Assembly: GCA_964016885.1 (NCBI GenBank)
Contig: OZ024746.1
Coordinates: forward strand, 81,406,001-81,470,000
Source: Eledone cirrhosa
Taxonomy: Eukaryota
Length of the DNA: 64,000 nt
Reading direction: 5' to 3'
Below are positions 45,431 to 58,260 of the stretch, in pieces. The notes below the pieces were generated by a model. That model searched no databases. It saw only the letters and a list, made by a program, of their open reading frames with translations, and was not told the origin of the DNA. The stretch's first letter is position 1, and every line of letters starts with the position of its first letter. Both the position numbers and the translations under genes were made by a program.

Positions 45431-45823
45431 ATCTTTCCATTATTTACGTTGTATATCATTATCACCATCACTCTTCAGTTTACACAGCTGGTATTTAAAC
45501 AGTAATGACGACAATGGTGTTGTTGGTGGTGGTGGCGGCGATAGCAGTGGGATTGTTGGGGGTAATTTTACTACAACTATTGCCATTCACAATATTCCTG
45601 TAGATTATGTTTGTGGCGTTAATCTGGTTCCTACACGTGACGCAATATGATTACCACTCCCACCACTATTTACTATATCTCTTTTCTCATCTACTACCTC
45701 AATGTTCTTTTCATTTTTCAATTGTTTATTTTCTTTACAATTTCACCCGTATAAGAGCGACAGAAAGGAAAACTAATCAAGTTACCTAACTCTTGTTCAC
45801 CTTGAGTACAACATAATTAATAT

Positions 45824-46042
45824 AGATTTCTTATATAGGCACAAGGCCAGCAATTTGGGGGGAGGGGGGAAGTCGATTAAATCGACCCCAGTGTGTGACT
45901 GGTACTTTATTTTATCGACCCCGTAAGGATGAAAGGCAAAGTTAACTTCTGCGGAATTTGAACTCAGATCATAAAGGGCCGTAACTCTTTGCTGCAAAGC
46001 ATAGCGTCCGACACTCTACCGATACTGCCAATCCACCGCCCT
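45824..46042 (-). mobile_element. S1 SINE full length
   Basis: 17-bp TSD TACAACATAATTAATAT. Confidence 0.9.
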
Positions 46043-47463
46043 TACAACATAATTAATATTAACCATAACTTAATCAGGTAAAAACAATCAATTTTTAACA
46101 TAAATATGTGGAGCGCAAATAATAGTGTCGAAGGGACTAAATTGTAAATTAATCTAATTATCATTTGTAAAATATAACGGAGTTAGTTCCAGTTATTACT
46201 CAATTTACAGTAACACAATGTGATTTCGTCAATCTACTTTTGATAACTACTGAATATAAAACACATGAGACCGTCTGCATACATACGTATAACTTGCAGT
46301 GAATTACGTTTAAATACATTCACGACACATATTTTTGTGTGCGTCTGTCAAATAATTCTCCTAAGATTATCGAGTTTCAAGCAACTCTAAACCCAAAAGA
46401 CTGATATGTACGAACCACAATTGGCATGAGTCTTGTATTTTATATTTCGACCATTTGCCCAACCCCACTGTCAATCTCTAAATGAAAGGTTTTTCAGTGA
46501 AATATTCTATATTATTTTTACTAAAATCAACTTAACTATCTGAAGTCGTTAATTTCTGCCAAACTGAAGGGGAAGTTATGGGTCTCGGGAGGCAGTGCCA
46601 CATTTTTATTGAAATCATTTTTGTCCATTACTGGAAAAAATAAAAAGATATTAAATTAAAAACATTCCTCTGAGAACCTAAGGAACCTAAGCAGAATAAT
46701 TTATATTTTTAATTAAAGAATATTGCTATTTTTACAAATAATATATATAAAATTATGTAATAATATCAATTTACCAATATATTAAACTATTTTTAATGTG
46801 ATCCATACATTTATTGACAACCTATTTCTCATAAGCTTCGTTCACAATCTTGAAAAACCCTGTTCATATCTCTGAAAAATGTGGGTTTCATCATAATTCC
46901 TTTATCCTAAGCGAGCACACTTAGAAACACAACCAAGGTTCTGGGAATCTTGTCAAACTTTAGCTTACAGTTCTCAAAGCTGTAGCTGATTGTACCTCTG
47001 AGACCAGACCCAGAGTATTACTGTACAATTAATTTTATCGGATTTCCCCAAACAGCACAAAATATAGGAGATTATGAACAAACGAATAATTTTAATGTAA
47101 TATATTTTTCGTTGTTATTTTATTTTAAATCGCATCTTGTGAACAATTGTGACGTTGGTTACATGTTTTCAACGGACCAGGCACTTGTTCACTGGCTTTA
47201 AGAATGCTGAGTAACAAGAGAGTATCTGTGTAACTGGGGAAGGCCAAATGTCGCAGCATATTTTTTATTCAAAAGCATTGGTTTATCGGTTTTTTTCGTC
47301 GATATTTGCATCTTTCGTTGACATATACTGGTAAAGGACATACACATATACACACATACACGCACGCGTGTGCGCACACACACACACATATATATATATA
47401 CACACATACATACACACATACACACACACACACGAGAGAGAGAGAGCTAGAAAGAGAGAGAGC

Positions 47464-47539
<76 letters not shown>

Positions 47540-47661
47540 GTTGTTTGCTTCTTCGCAGTCATCTTTGTCCACTTTTTTTCGTCTCTAGGGATATTTTAAC
47601 TATCATTTAAAGTAATCAACAATATTATACTAATTTTTGTACATTTCAAATCATATACATA

Positions 47662-47806
47662 TGCGCAGGCATGGCTGTGTAGATAAGCTGTTCACTTCAC
47701 AACCACATGGTTCTGGATTCAGTCATACTACGCGGCACTTGTGGCATGTATTTTCTGCTACAGCCTCAGATTGACCAATGTCTTGAGAGTGAAATTTAGT
47801 AGACGT
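47662..47806 (+). mobile_element. tRNA-derived SINE family S3
   Basis: GCGCAGGCATGGCTGTGT head, GGTTCTGGATTCAGTC; related decayed copy at ~28420-28570. Confidence 0.55.
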
Positions 47807-48359
47807 CGTATAATTTATTTCGTTTTTTCTTTATCTTCATTCCCAAGCGTGAAACTAATAAGATTTTGTTATTTTGCATCTCTGTGTTTGCCTTGTTTAT
47901 TCTTGAAATATGTATGTGTATGTGTATGGTTGAATAGCATCCATAAGCTCAATTCGGTCTCCCTTGGGTGTCCAGTCGGATTATTTGGAATCAGTTGCTT
48001 CTGATAGGAACTTTAGGAAGGTGTGTCTGAGCACTCTACCCCAAAGAAGAAGTATATTTAAAAGTAAGAATCCTATTGAATATAGTTTTAAATTATCAAC
48101 TAAGTAAATAAGACTCTGCCTACAGGTAATGTTTATATAAAGGGGTTTGGATTGAAAAATTGAAATTGTGAAAAAAAAAATAGGGGTTTTGGGCGGGTGC
48201 ATAATCATAATCATAACATTTAAAATTTGAACATTCGAAAAACATCTGTATAAATATTAAAAAAAAGGGATGAATAAATATTTTTATAAATAGTTTATGG
48301 AGTGGCACTTATCTTAATTTAGCATAAAAATTTCCACTTCTTTCACAATCCGCTATTTT

Positions 48360-48582
48360 ATAATGGTTTCTTATATAGGCAAAAGGCCAGCAATTTTGGA
48401 GGAGGGGGAAAGTCGATTAAATCGACCCCAGTGTATTACTGGTACTTTATTTTATCGACCACGGAAGGCTGAAAGGCAAAGTTAACCTCGGCGAGATTTG
48501 AACTCAGAAAGTAAAGGGCTGTAACTCTATGCTGCAAAACATGGCATCCGACCCTTGACTGATACTGCCAATCCACCGCCCT
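48360..48582 (-). mobile_element. S1 SINE full length
   Basis: TSD AATCCGCTATTTTATAATG. Confidence 0.9.
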
Positions 48583-48823
48583 AGAATCCGCTATTTTATA
48601 ATGAAAATTGTTTCATGGCCGTTTATGAAATTTTATAGTCACAATTTATTAAACACGATAGAAAGATTGTAGTTTAAAATGTATTGACAAGTGAATTCCG
48701 TGTGAGTGTGTATCCGTGAAACATATGTATAAATACCAGGTCCGAACACAAAGGAACCAAACACCCACTGTTACTACCTACGTCCTCCCTGCTTTTTCCA
48801 TCTCTTACTATTATGAGAAAAAT

Positions 48824-49008
48824 GGTTTGGCAGTATCGGTAGAGCGTCAGACACCCTGTTTTGCAGCATAGTTATGGCCCTTTGCGTTCTGGGTTCAAAT
48901 CCGCCGAGGTTAACTTTGCCTTTCATCCTTACGAGGTCGATAAAATAAAGTACCAGTGGTGCACTGGGGTAATCGCTGGCCTTGTGCCAAAAGTAGAAAC
49001 AATTATTA
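48824..49008 (+). mobile_element. S1 SINE
   Basis: core motif. Confidence 0.85.
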
Positions 49009-49235
49009 TGAGCAAATGGAGGCCCACGTCCTGAATAGCGAAGGCGTTTCCTCGGAGGATGGTGAGGAAGATGCGCTGGGAGAGCCATATATACATAGAA
49101 CAAATATTACTATATGTCTTCATTGTTATCTTACGTTCTAGTATATGTTTAATTTAGTAACAAGCAAGCGCAGCATGTTAGCTAATATCTAACTAAATAG
49201 ATGGATAAACGCGGTTGAGTCTAAGTCACCATGTT

Positions 49236-49552
49236 TTACAGCATAGAGTTACGTTCTGAGTTCAAATCCTGCCGAGGTTAACTGGGATAACTCCGACATA
49301 AAACCTGCGGCTCAGTAGTTACCGATGATGTTGATCTTTTCGCCTTTTCGGGTTATAGTTACTATCGCTCAGAGAGTGGGATTGGCTCAGTACACAGTCT
49401 TTCCTCACTTTAAAAGAATTTTCAAGAACAGGCAATGCAGGGTAGCACTGAGGTTAACTTTGCCTTTCATCCTTACGGTGTCGGTAAAATACAGTACCAG
49501 TAATGCACTAGGGTAATTGCTGGCCTTGTGCCAAAAGTAGAAACAGTTATTA
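49236..49552 (+). mobile_element. Chimeric S1 SINE carrying a ~166-bp family R segment
   Basis: insert 49284-49449 bounded by repeated GAGGTTAACT. Confidence 0.7.
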
Positions 49553-50016
49553 ATGTCGGCGATTTTGGTGGTAGTAGTAGTGGTGGCGTTGTTGTTCTTG
49601 TTTTTGCTGTTGCTGCTGTTGTTGTTGTTGGTGGTGGTGGTGGTGGTAGTGGTGGTGGTGGTGGTGACGTTGTTGTTAATGTTGCTGTTGTTGTTGTTAA
49701 TGTTGCTGTTGTTGTTGTTTAGCCTAAGGTCGTCCCTGATTGAGCAAAGCTATGATCAAAGGTACTCAATCCAAGATCATTCTTTCTTCTTCTTCTTCTT
49801 CTTCTTCTTCTTCTTCTTCTTCTTCTTCTTCTTCTTCTCTCACTCATTCCTGAAAGTGTGAGAGGAGCAAACTCCTCAGATAGTCCAGCAACCATTTCCA
49901 AATGATTCAGTTGGATTCCCAAGCGAGACCAACCGATCTCGTTTTTCTTTCCGAGTATTTAGTACTACAGAATCTAATGTGGCTGTTTTGTTTTTTGTTT
50001 TTTGTTGTTGTTTGCT

Positions 50017-50115
<99 letters not shown>

Positions 50116-50180
50116 AAAGCAACAGAAGTATTTGTGTTGGTGCTAACAATGGTGTTTTTATTTTTAGCAGTGGTGACTCT

Positions 50181-50324
50181 GACGATGATGTTGGGGAGTC
50201 TGGGTTGTTGTTGTTGGTGTTGGTGGTGGTGGTGGTGGTAGACATCTTAGTTACTGATACTAGTGGTGATGGTGGTGATGATATTAATAGTAGTGGCGGT
50301 GACGAGGATGTTGGGGAGTCTGGG

Positions 50325-50356
<32 letters not shown>

Positions 50357-50453
50357 GGTGGTGGTAGACATCTTAGTTACTGATACTAGTGGTGATGGTG
50401 GTGATGATATTAATAGTAGTGGCGGTGACGAGGATGTTGGGGAGTCTGGGTTG

Positions 50454-50485
<32 letters not shown>

Positions 50486-50564
50486 GGTGGTAGACATCTT
50501 AGTTACTGATACTAGTGGTGATGGTGGTGATGATATTAATAGTAGTGGCGGTGACGAGGATGTT
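50181..50564. repeat. Tandem repeat, three units of 120-126 bp
   Basis: units start at 50181, 50301, 50427. Confidence 0.9.
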
Positions 50565-50759
50565 GTTTTGAGGGCTTTGTTTGTTTGATGGTGGGGATTG
50601 TGTTGGTGTTGTTACAGAGGTGCTAGTACTAGTGGAGAATATAACAGTGGTGATGCGGTGGCAGTGGCAATGCGGATGGCTGTGGGGATGCTGTAGTTCT
50701 GAGAACTTTGGTATGACGATGGTGGTGATGTTGGTGAAAGTAGTTCTGGTTCAAGGGAA

Positions 50760-51157
50760 GGTAGTGGTGGTAATGGTGGTGGTGGTAGTTGTGGTAGTCT
50801 TGGTGTTGGTGGTAGTGGTGGTGGTGGTGGTGGTGGTGGTGGTGGTGGTGGTGGTGGTGGTGGTGGTAGTTGGTGGTGGTGGTGGTAGCGGTGTTGGTGG
50901 TGGTGGTAGTGGTGGTGGTGGTGGTGGTAGCGGTATTGGTGTTGGTGGTAGTGGTAGTGGTGGTGGTGGTAGTGGTAGTTGATGGTGGTGGTGGTAGCGG
51001 TGTTGGTGGTAGAGGTAGCGGTGTTGGTGTTGGTGGTAGTGGTGGTGGTAGCGGTATTGGTGTTGGTGTTGTTGTTGGTGATGGTGGTGGTGGAGGTGGT
51101 GGTAGTGGTGGAGGTGGTGGTAGTGGTGGTGTTGGTGGTGGTGGTGGTGGTGGTGGT
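50760..51157. repeat. (GGT)n-rich microsatellite
   Basis: direct reading. Confidence 0.9.
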
Positions 51158-51493
51158 TAGGACGCAGTAATTAGGAAACCATAGATACGTAATGTGAAAC
51201 TATGTAAAGCCCAGCAGTGATGAGACAAAGTACGGGATTAAAGTAAGTGAAGAGGATATGAAGAACACTAAAGGAGAAGCGAAAGATGAAAGATTTAAAA
51301 TAAAGAATGTAAGAATGACCGGAGAGAGAGTCTCACCAAGAAGGAAAGGAGTGAGAGATAAAGTGAGAAATTGGGGATGGCGGTTTATAGTGGAAGAAAT
51401 ACAAACAGGAATAACAGAATAGTAGAAGTAAGGAGATAAATCAAGGGAATAGAAGAAACGATAGTAAAAAGAGAGATACATGGTAAAAGTGTG

Positions 51494-51560
<67 letters not shown>

Positions 51561-51871
51561 TAGGAGCAAAATGTGAAGAAAGAAAGGAGACAGGGTCAAG
51601 GAAGGAGAGAAAAGGAAAATAAATAATTTAGAAGAGGATCAAGCAAACGAGAAAAAATGATGGAGAAAGAGATGGAGATAGTCAAATGAAAGATTGTTAG
51701 AAAAAGGGACAGTGTAGAGGAAGGTAGAAAGTAAAAAGAGTTAAAGATAGAGAGAACTGTAATAAAGAGAGAGAGGGAGGGGGAGAGTGGGAAGAAGAAC
51801 ATTGAGAAAAGAATTAAATTAAGAAAGGTGTGGGGTGGAAGGAGAAGAAAGTAAAAATCTGAAGAGGGGCA

Positions 51872-51903
<32 letters not shown>

Positions 51904-51910
<7 letters not shown>

Positions 51911-52187
51911 ATACTTGGGGAGGGTCATATTTGTGTAATATTGCCAGAATTATTAACAGAACACACTCACTGTTTGGTTGGTTTTCGCTTCTCGCTTCTG
52001 TGTCTTTTATATCGGTAATCTAACTTACTCGGTCCTCAATGTTGCCATTGACTGACAAAAATAATACAGATACAATATAGACACAAACACATATATATAG
52101 TTTATCATAAACCTTTCGTTGCACATCTGCAACATCGTCAGTGGTGCTATATTTTCCTCCTGTTGTATTGTATGTCTACGCCATTTT
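51904..52187 (-). mobile_element. Family G1 hammerhead element
   Basis: same two boundaries as 24834-25117; minus-strand CTGACGA-T-GTTGCA gatg TGCAAC-GAAA. Confidence 0.7.
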
Positions 52188-53711
52188 TATTCAGTCTGAA
52201 TAAAAATGTTAAATCTCCGTCGGTTCCGACAATGTGTGTCCCAGTTGTTTGAGCAACTGAACATCCTGTTCATGGAATGAAACGTGTAAGTGGCTGAGCA
52301 ATTCTCAAAAAGATCCAGTGTGACACAAATGTAACAAATCTGGTCCTTCGAATTACAGGTCAAACACATTTTCTCCTTTGTTTAGCAAGCTTTCTACAAC
52401 TGGATACCTTTCCTGTCGCCAACCACTTTACAAGGTGTACCGGGTGCATTTTTGTGGCACTGTCACTAGAGAGGTTGCTGGTTATTCTTTTACCTGAAGA
52501 GCCCTCTCTGCTCTGTTGGTTTCTTTGGGGAGGGGGCAGAGGTGAGGGGGGATAGGTATTGTTATGGGTGTATAGCAAGTGTGGTGGGATCTGATAGGGA
52601 GATGAGAAGGAGGAAGGTTTGACTGATACTATAAGGGGAGAATGGGATATTGCGGTGGAGGATGTGGATGGTATGGTCAAGAGTGCGCGGGGTTTGTGAT
52701 AGAGAAAATAACTAAAGGATGTTAGTGGAGGAGGTGCTCAAAGTTGGATAGAGTAGCTACTAGGGTGCGATAATGAGGGTATCTAATGGCTTTAAAGAGG
52801 CGAGTAGCTAAGGAGTGATACTGGAGGTGGCATAAATGGGGGAGGGGGCGAGTGTAGTGATGGTGAGGGTAGCTACTGGGGATTGCTAGTGGAAGGACAC
52901 GCGTATGGGTCCGGTCACATTGTATGCTTGTGGCCGGGTCTTCACCAACACAGCATAATGCCAGGCCTCGCGGTCCGTTGTCATCTCCGTTGTGAGGTTT
53001 AGTTTCTTAAGATCGGTATTCACTACCTCGTCATATATAAAACACTCATCTAGAAAATATACCACCCACTATAGATATATTCCTCCACTAAATCTTCTAC
53101 GTAGAGAACCACCTACAAAACAAAATCAACTACCAGAAACAGCATCTATCTCACAAAACAATACCAAGTTACAAAACACATAAACCATAGATAAAACTAA
53201 CACGCATTCCAAACAAACTCTACTCTACAACGAACTTATCTCACATTTTAACTATAAAAAAAGATTTAAATTGAAAATTGAAATAACCACAGACAGATTT
53301 AATCTGACCGTAGCTGTCACCATCACCTGGTCTGCTGCAGGTGGGGTGACTAGACTATCTGTATCATATACCATAACCTTTGTAGTGTGATTATATTCTC
53401 TACCTCCATCAACTCCCCAAATACCCATCAAACATCCTAGCTCACAACACTAACTCCATTTAATATGTTACTGTTACATTTACTCTTCAATTCACAATTA
53501 AATTGCAAGCATGAAATAACACAAAAATTTCCCCCCAAAATATCTGTATGCAACAATTAACGTGTCTAATTAACATTTAAGAAATTATATCCCTGTTTAA
53601 TAATTCGTTCAATCAGATGATTAATGTATTCAATTAAAAAAAAAAAAAAAAATAGATTGATTTATTCTGCTATACCGTATTATTTGGCTAGAAAAGAAAT
53701 TATATTGTAAT

Positions 53712-54433
53712 ATAATTGTTTCTAATTTTGGCACAAGGCCAGCAATTATCCCAGTGTATTACTGGTACTTTATTTTATCGACCCCGTAAGGATGAAAGGC
53801 AAAGTTAACCTCGGCGGGATTTGAACTCAGACCATAAAGGGCCGTAACTCTTTGCTGCAAAGCATGTTGTCCAACCCTCTACTGATACTGCCAATCCACC
53901 GCCCTTATATTGTAATATAATGGTATAAAAAAAAACAAAAAAAAACTTTATGCCTAAGGCATTAATACCACTATAGTAATAATTGTTTCTACTTTTGGCA
54001 CAGTGCCAGCAATTATCCCAGTGCATTACTGGTACTTTATTTTATCGACCCCGTAAGGATGAAAGGTAAAGTTAACCTCGGTGGGATTTGAACTCAGACC
54101 GTAAAGGAACATAACTCTATGCTGGAAAGCATGGTGTCCGACCTTCCACCGATACTGCCAATCCACTATAGTAATCAAATCTTTCGTTTCATTATTAGTA
54201 GTGGTCAGGTCAGGGTGGTGGATTGGTAGTATCGGTAGAGGGTCGGACGCCATGCTTTGCAGTATAGAGTTACGGCCCTTTATGATCTGAGTTCAAATCC
54301 CGCCGAAGTTAACTTTGCCTTTCATCCTTACGGGGTCGATAAAATAAAGTACCAGTCACGCACTGGGGTCGATTTAATGGACTTTCCTCTCCCCCAAAAT
54401 TGCTGGCCTTGTGCCTATATAAGAAACCATTAT
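53712..54433. mobile_element. Three S1 SINEs (minus, minus, plus) with long TSDs
   Basis: 53712-53903, 53978-54167, 54213-54433; TSDs TATATTGTAATATAAT, CCACTATAGTAAT, CATTATTAGTAGTGGTCA. Confidence 0.85.
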
Positions 54434-54858
54434 TAGTAGTGGTCATTATCGAATTATTGTTTGTTTGTTTTTTCTACTGTAACATCTAAATAATTCAACT
54501 TTCTTTACATTAGTGTCGCTTCTGGTGGCTTCTAAATCACTTGGATACATTTTACAACGTTATTATATGATACAAATCTTAATTAGGAACAAATATATCA
54601 TCTATATACCTACAGGATTTATGTACTGAGGTTTTGGTATATATACCCCCCCCCCCACCCCCCACCCCACACACACACACTGTATCTACTATTAACTAAA
54701 TGTGTGCACTCTGAACAGCTGACTGCAGCTGCATTACTGCAATTCGGCAGATCCATTGAATTAGCTAGATGTTGACCGGAGAACGTTGACTTAATACCAG
54801 CGATTTGAATCTCCTGTATAAGGTTAGACTTTTCAATATATCTTGTTTACATTTCCTA

Positions 54859-54914
<56 letters not shown>

Positions 54915-54921
<7 letters not shown>

Positions 54922-55612
54922 AAAAAATGGGGAGAAGAATACTGCAGGCTGCACATGGATAACATGTTATAAAATGAGTCCCTCATCAGTGATTTGCCAA
55001 CGATCATAGATATTTCATTGCATTAAAAATCATATACCTCACGTTGGTGCAATAATAACTAAATTAAGTTATTAGGACAATTAAAACGCGTAAAGCGAGT
55101 AAGACAAGTAAACAACAAAGAGGAAAGCTAACCGTAGATAGGAAGGGAACAAGCTACATAATTATTCTGTTAGCATAAGCTAGGTGAATATATGAGCGCT
55201 TAGAAAAAAGACCTTTCGAGATGAATCCAAATGTAAGAAAGAAGGAAAATGTATTCGTCGCGAACGGGGTGAAGTGAGAAGGGGAGAAACAGTGAGTGAG
55301 TGGAAGTGTGAGGAAGAGTTAACTGACATGACAGAGGGGGCGAAAGAAAGTAGGAGAAACAGAGAGAACGAGGGAGCAGTAAGAGAGAGAGAGAAAAACA
55401 GAATCGCAGTTTAGGTAAATATATGTGAAAAAATGGGGAGAAGAATACTGCAGGTTGCACATGGATAACATGTTATAAAATGAGTCCCTCATCAGTGATT
55501 TGCCAACGATCATAGATATTTCATTGCATTAAAAATCATATACCTCACGTTGGTGCAATAATAACTAAATTAAGTTATTAGGACAATTAAAACGCGTAAA
55601 GCGAGTGAGACA
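54915..55612 (-). mobile_element. TA-bounded element with ~185-bp direct terminal repeats (pLTR-like)
   Basis: 54915-55100 vs 55422-55606 near-identical; CTGATGA and GAAATATCTA on minus strand. Confidence 0.6.
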
Positions 55613-55634
55613 TATATATATATATATATTAATT

Positions 55635-55956
55635 CAAATATTAACAAAATAGATATTCTTGTGATCAATTAAATTTTATTATACATATTTCAGAGATTAA
55701 GATTTAATCTTAACCATCTACCATGTCAGGGTATGTCATGTATCATTTTATTTTATCTGATGAGGACGTACTGTTGAACTTAATTCAGTACCTCTGAAAT
55801 ATGTATAATAAAATTTAATTGATCACAAGAATATCTATTTTGTTAATATTTGTATTTTAATATTAATAACTCTGGAAAATATCCTCTGTAGAGTGCTTCC
55901 AATCTACTGTAAAACTCATTTTTTGATGTACTCATTGAATCTTGTTTAACTCTTTA

Positions 55957-55958
<2 letters not shown>
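55635..55958 (+). mobile_element. Family A foldback element with hammerhead (55751-55813)
   Basis: IR 55635-55695 / 55792-55852; TTTTAT-CTGATGA-stem II-GAAA-TATGTA-TA-ATAAAA; tail. Confidence 0.8.
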
Positions 55959-56041
<83 letters not shown>

Positions 56042-56224
56042 TGTGTGTGTGTGCGTGTGTGTGTGTGTGTGTGTGGTTGTGTGTGTGTGTGACTGACAAG
56101 CAACACTATTAACAACTAAAACACTGAATTCTGGTGTCAATGAAAACACCAAACAGAACGCTTTAATTAGATTGTCAGCGTCCGTGTGACAGACGGACAG
56201 CGAGGGTAGGTCTCATTATAATAT

Positions 56225-56408
56225 GGATTGGCAGTATCGATAGAGGGTCGGACACCATGCTTTCCACCATAGTTACGTCCCTTTATGGTCTGAGCTCAAA
56301 TCCCGCTGAGGTTAACTTTGCCTTTCATCCTTACGGGGTCGATAAAATAAAGTACCAGTAATGCACTGAGTAATTGCTGGCCTTGTGCCAAAAAGTAGAA
56401 ACAACTAT
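56225..56408 (+). mobile_element. S1 SINE
   Basis: core motif. Confidence 0.85.
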
Positions 56409-56691
56409 AATATAGCTTTAATGAAAATATTAGAAATGTTTTCGCCGTTAACACTGAACAAATTATATCTAATTGCATTCTTTAAAAAAATACATCCATT
56501 CAAAGGTGACTTTTGCGTCACTCTTTCTTTTATCTCACTTCTTTCTACTACAATGTGTTGTCTTTATTTCTTTTGTGCAACCCCTAGCCTCACTCATCAC
56601 ACCTGTTCACCATTCAACTTCTGGTTAAAAACAAAGAAAAGAATACCCGTCTTTTGTTCACGGAAAGATTAGTAGCTTATAGTTATTTATA

Positions 56692-56728
<37 letters not shown>

Positions 56729-56731
<3 letters not shown>

Positions 56732-57243
56732 TGTTATACTTTGGGAGGGTCATGTTGCCAATAAGAAACACACGCACCAGTTGCTTTCACTTCAATTTAT
56801 TATAATAAATTTATAAATTTAGGAATTTATAAATTTCCGGTTGGTTGGTTGGTTCCACTACCAGATGGTTGTTTATATATTGTCAAAGTTCTTTCGTCAC
56901 ACATTCCTACGCCATCTTGTTTCTCAGAGAAACAATATGGCGTAGGACAGAACAAAGGAGAGGCACAAAAACAAAGAAAAGAATTCCCAGTCACTGAAGA
57001 GGTCACAGAATGTGTGACGAAAGAACTTTGACAATATATAAACAACCATCTGGTAGTGGAACCAACCAACCAACCGGAAATTTATAAATTCCTAAATTTA
57101 TAAATTTATTATAATAAATTGAAGTGAAAGCAACTGGTGCGTGTGTTTCTTATTGGCAACATGACCCTCCCAAAGTATAACAATATCGGTTTCAACACAC
57201 GTTTTCAGATAAAGAATCTTATTAAACAAATTCAGAAACAAAA
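56729..57243 (+). mobile_element. Family G2 foldback element with hammerhead (56990-57032)
   Basis: 178-bp IR 56729-56906 / 57008-57185; GTCA-CTGAAGA-G-GTCACA gaatg TGTGAC-GAAA-GAAC-TT-TGAC; tail 57186-57243. Confidence 0.85.
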
Positions 57244-57259
57244 TATATATACATATATA

Positions 57260-57423
57260 TAGGAAAAGAGTCAGGACCCTGACGGCAGAGCTTCGAGCTG
57301 TCGAAACGACCAGAGCTCTGCCCTCGGGGTCTTGACTATTTTCCTATTATCCACTCTACTACCATAAGTATCGAGTACTTTGGTGCGTTATGGCCCACCT
57401 GGTATCTTACCACACTTTCTTTG

Positions 57424-57425
<2 letters not shown>
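57260..57425 (+). mobile_element. Family E element
   Basis: homolog of 11900-12100. Confidence 0.75.
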
Positions 57426-57462
<37 letters not shown>

Positions 57463-57804
57463 CCTTTACATAACCATATTTAACATGAAAATAAAGGAAA
57501 ACAACAAACCCAAACTACTCAAGACCCATCAAATAATACAGAGTAACCCTGTTACAAAACTGCAATATATTACACATTAAAACAACCAAATTCAACAACA
57601 AAAATATTAATATCTAATCACAAAACCCCTGAAATTACAACTAACTTAAACCACCTATGATATACCATACAAATACAATTTCCCAATAAATAAAATCCCA
57701 ACGTTTAACACATTAAAACAACGTCCACTACAACCAAAACTGTCCACTAAAAGTCAATAATGTCTACTCAATAGAATCTTTAAACACCTAACCATGGGTT
57801 AAAC

Positions 57805-58260
57805 CAGAGAGATCAAAGTGGACGCTACTGCGCCCCAGCGGGCACTGGGTCCCAAGGGGGCAGTGTGGGTGGGGGTGGTACAGATGATATAATAGTACAT
57901 CAAATATCAAATGATACATATATCATATAGTAAAATAAAACATATATAATATTCATTTATACATAGTATATATTATATTATTCATTATATATAAATTAAA
58001 GATTGTATTTACAATTATATATTATAGTCTGAGTTCAAATCCCGCCGAGATTCACTTTGCCTTTCATCCTTACGGGGTCGATAAAATAAAGTACCGGTAA
58101 TGTACTGAGATAATTGCTGGCCTTGTGCCAAAAGTAGAAACAATTATTTACAATTTGCGTGTAGACAGGTCTCTCTAGAGATAGGAGCTGGGGTGGGGGG
58201 GGGCTGAGGGGATCGCGTGGTTGTGAGGGGGCGGTGGCCCCAAAAGTTTGAGAAACTCTA
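57805..58260. mobile_element. hAT-Charlie-type MITE M2 copy 2
   Basis: 8-bp TSD GGTTAAAC; homologous to 16872-17300; independent S1 insertion at ~58027-58150. Confidence 0.8.

Noticed and set aside
50114-50588. Repetitive ORFs or CRISPR-like array
   Set aside because: Near-identical tandem units built from triplet repeats, no unique spacers, eukaryotic context.
56729-57185. Interpretation of the foldbacks as DNA-transposon MITEs
   Set aside because: One-sided tails, variable arm lengths, embedded hammerheads and non-inverted copies of the same families fit Penelope-like retro-insertion better.
57178-57215. Antisense CTGAAAA..GAAACCGATA next to the family G terminus
   Set aside because: Stem I does not pair and it lies on the opposite strand to the main ribozyme; treated as tail sequence.
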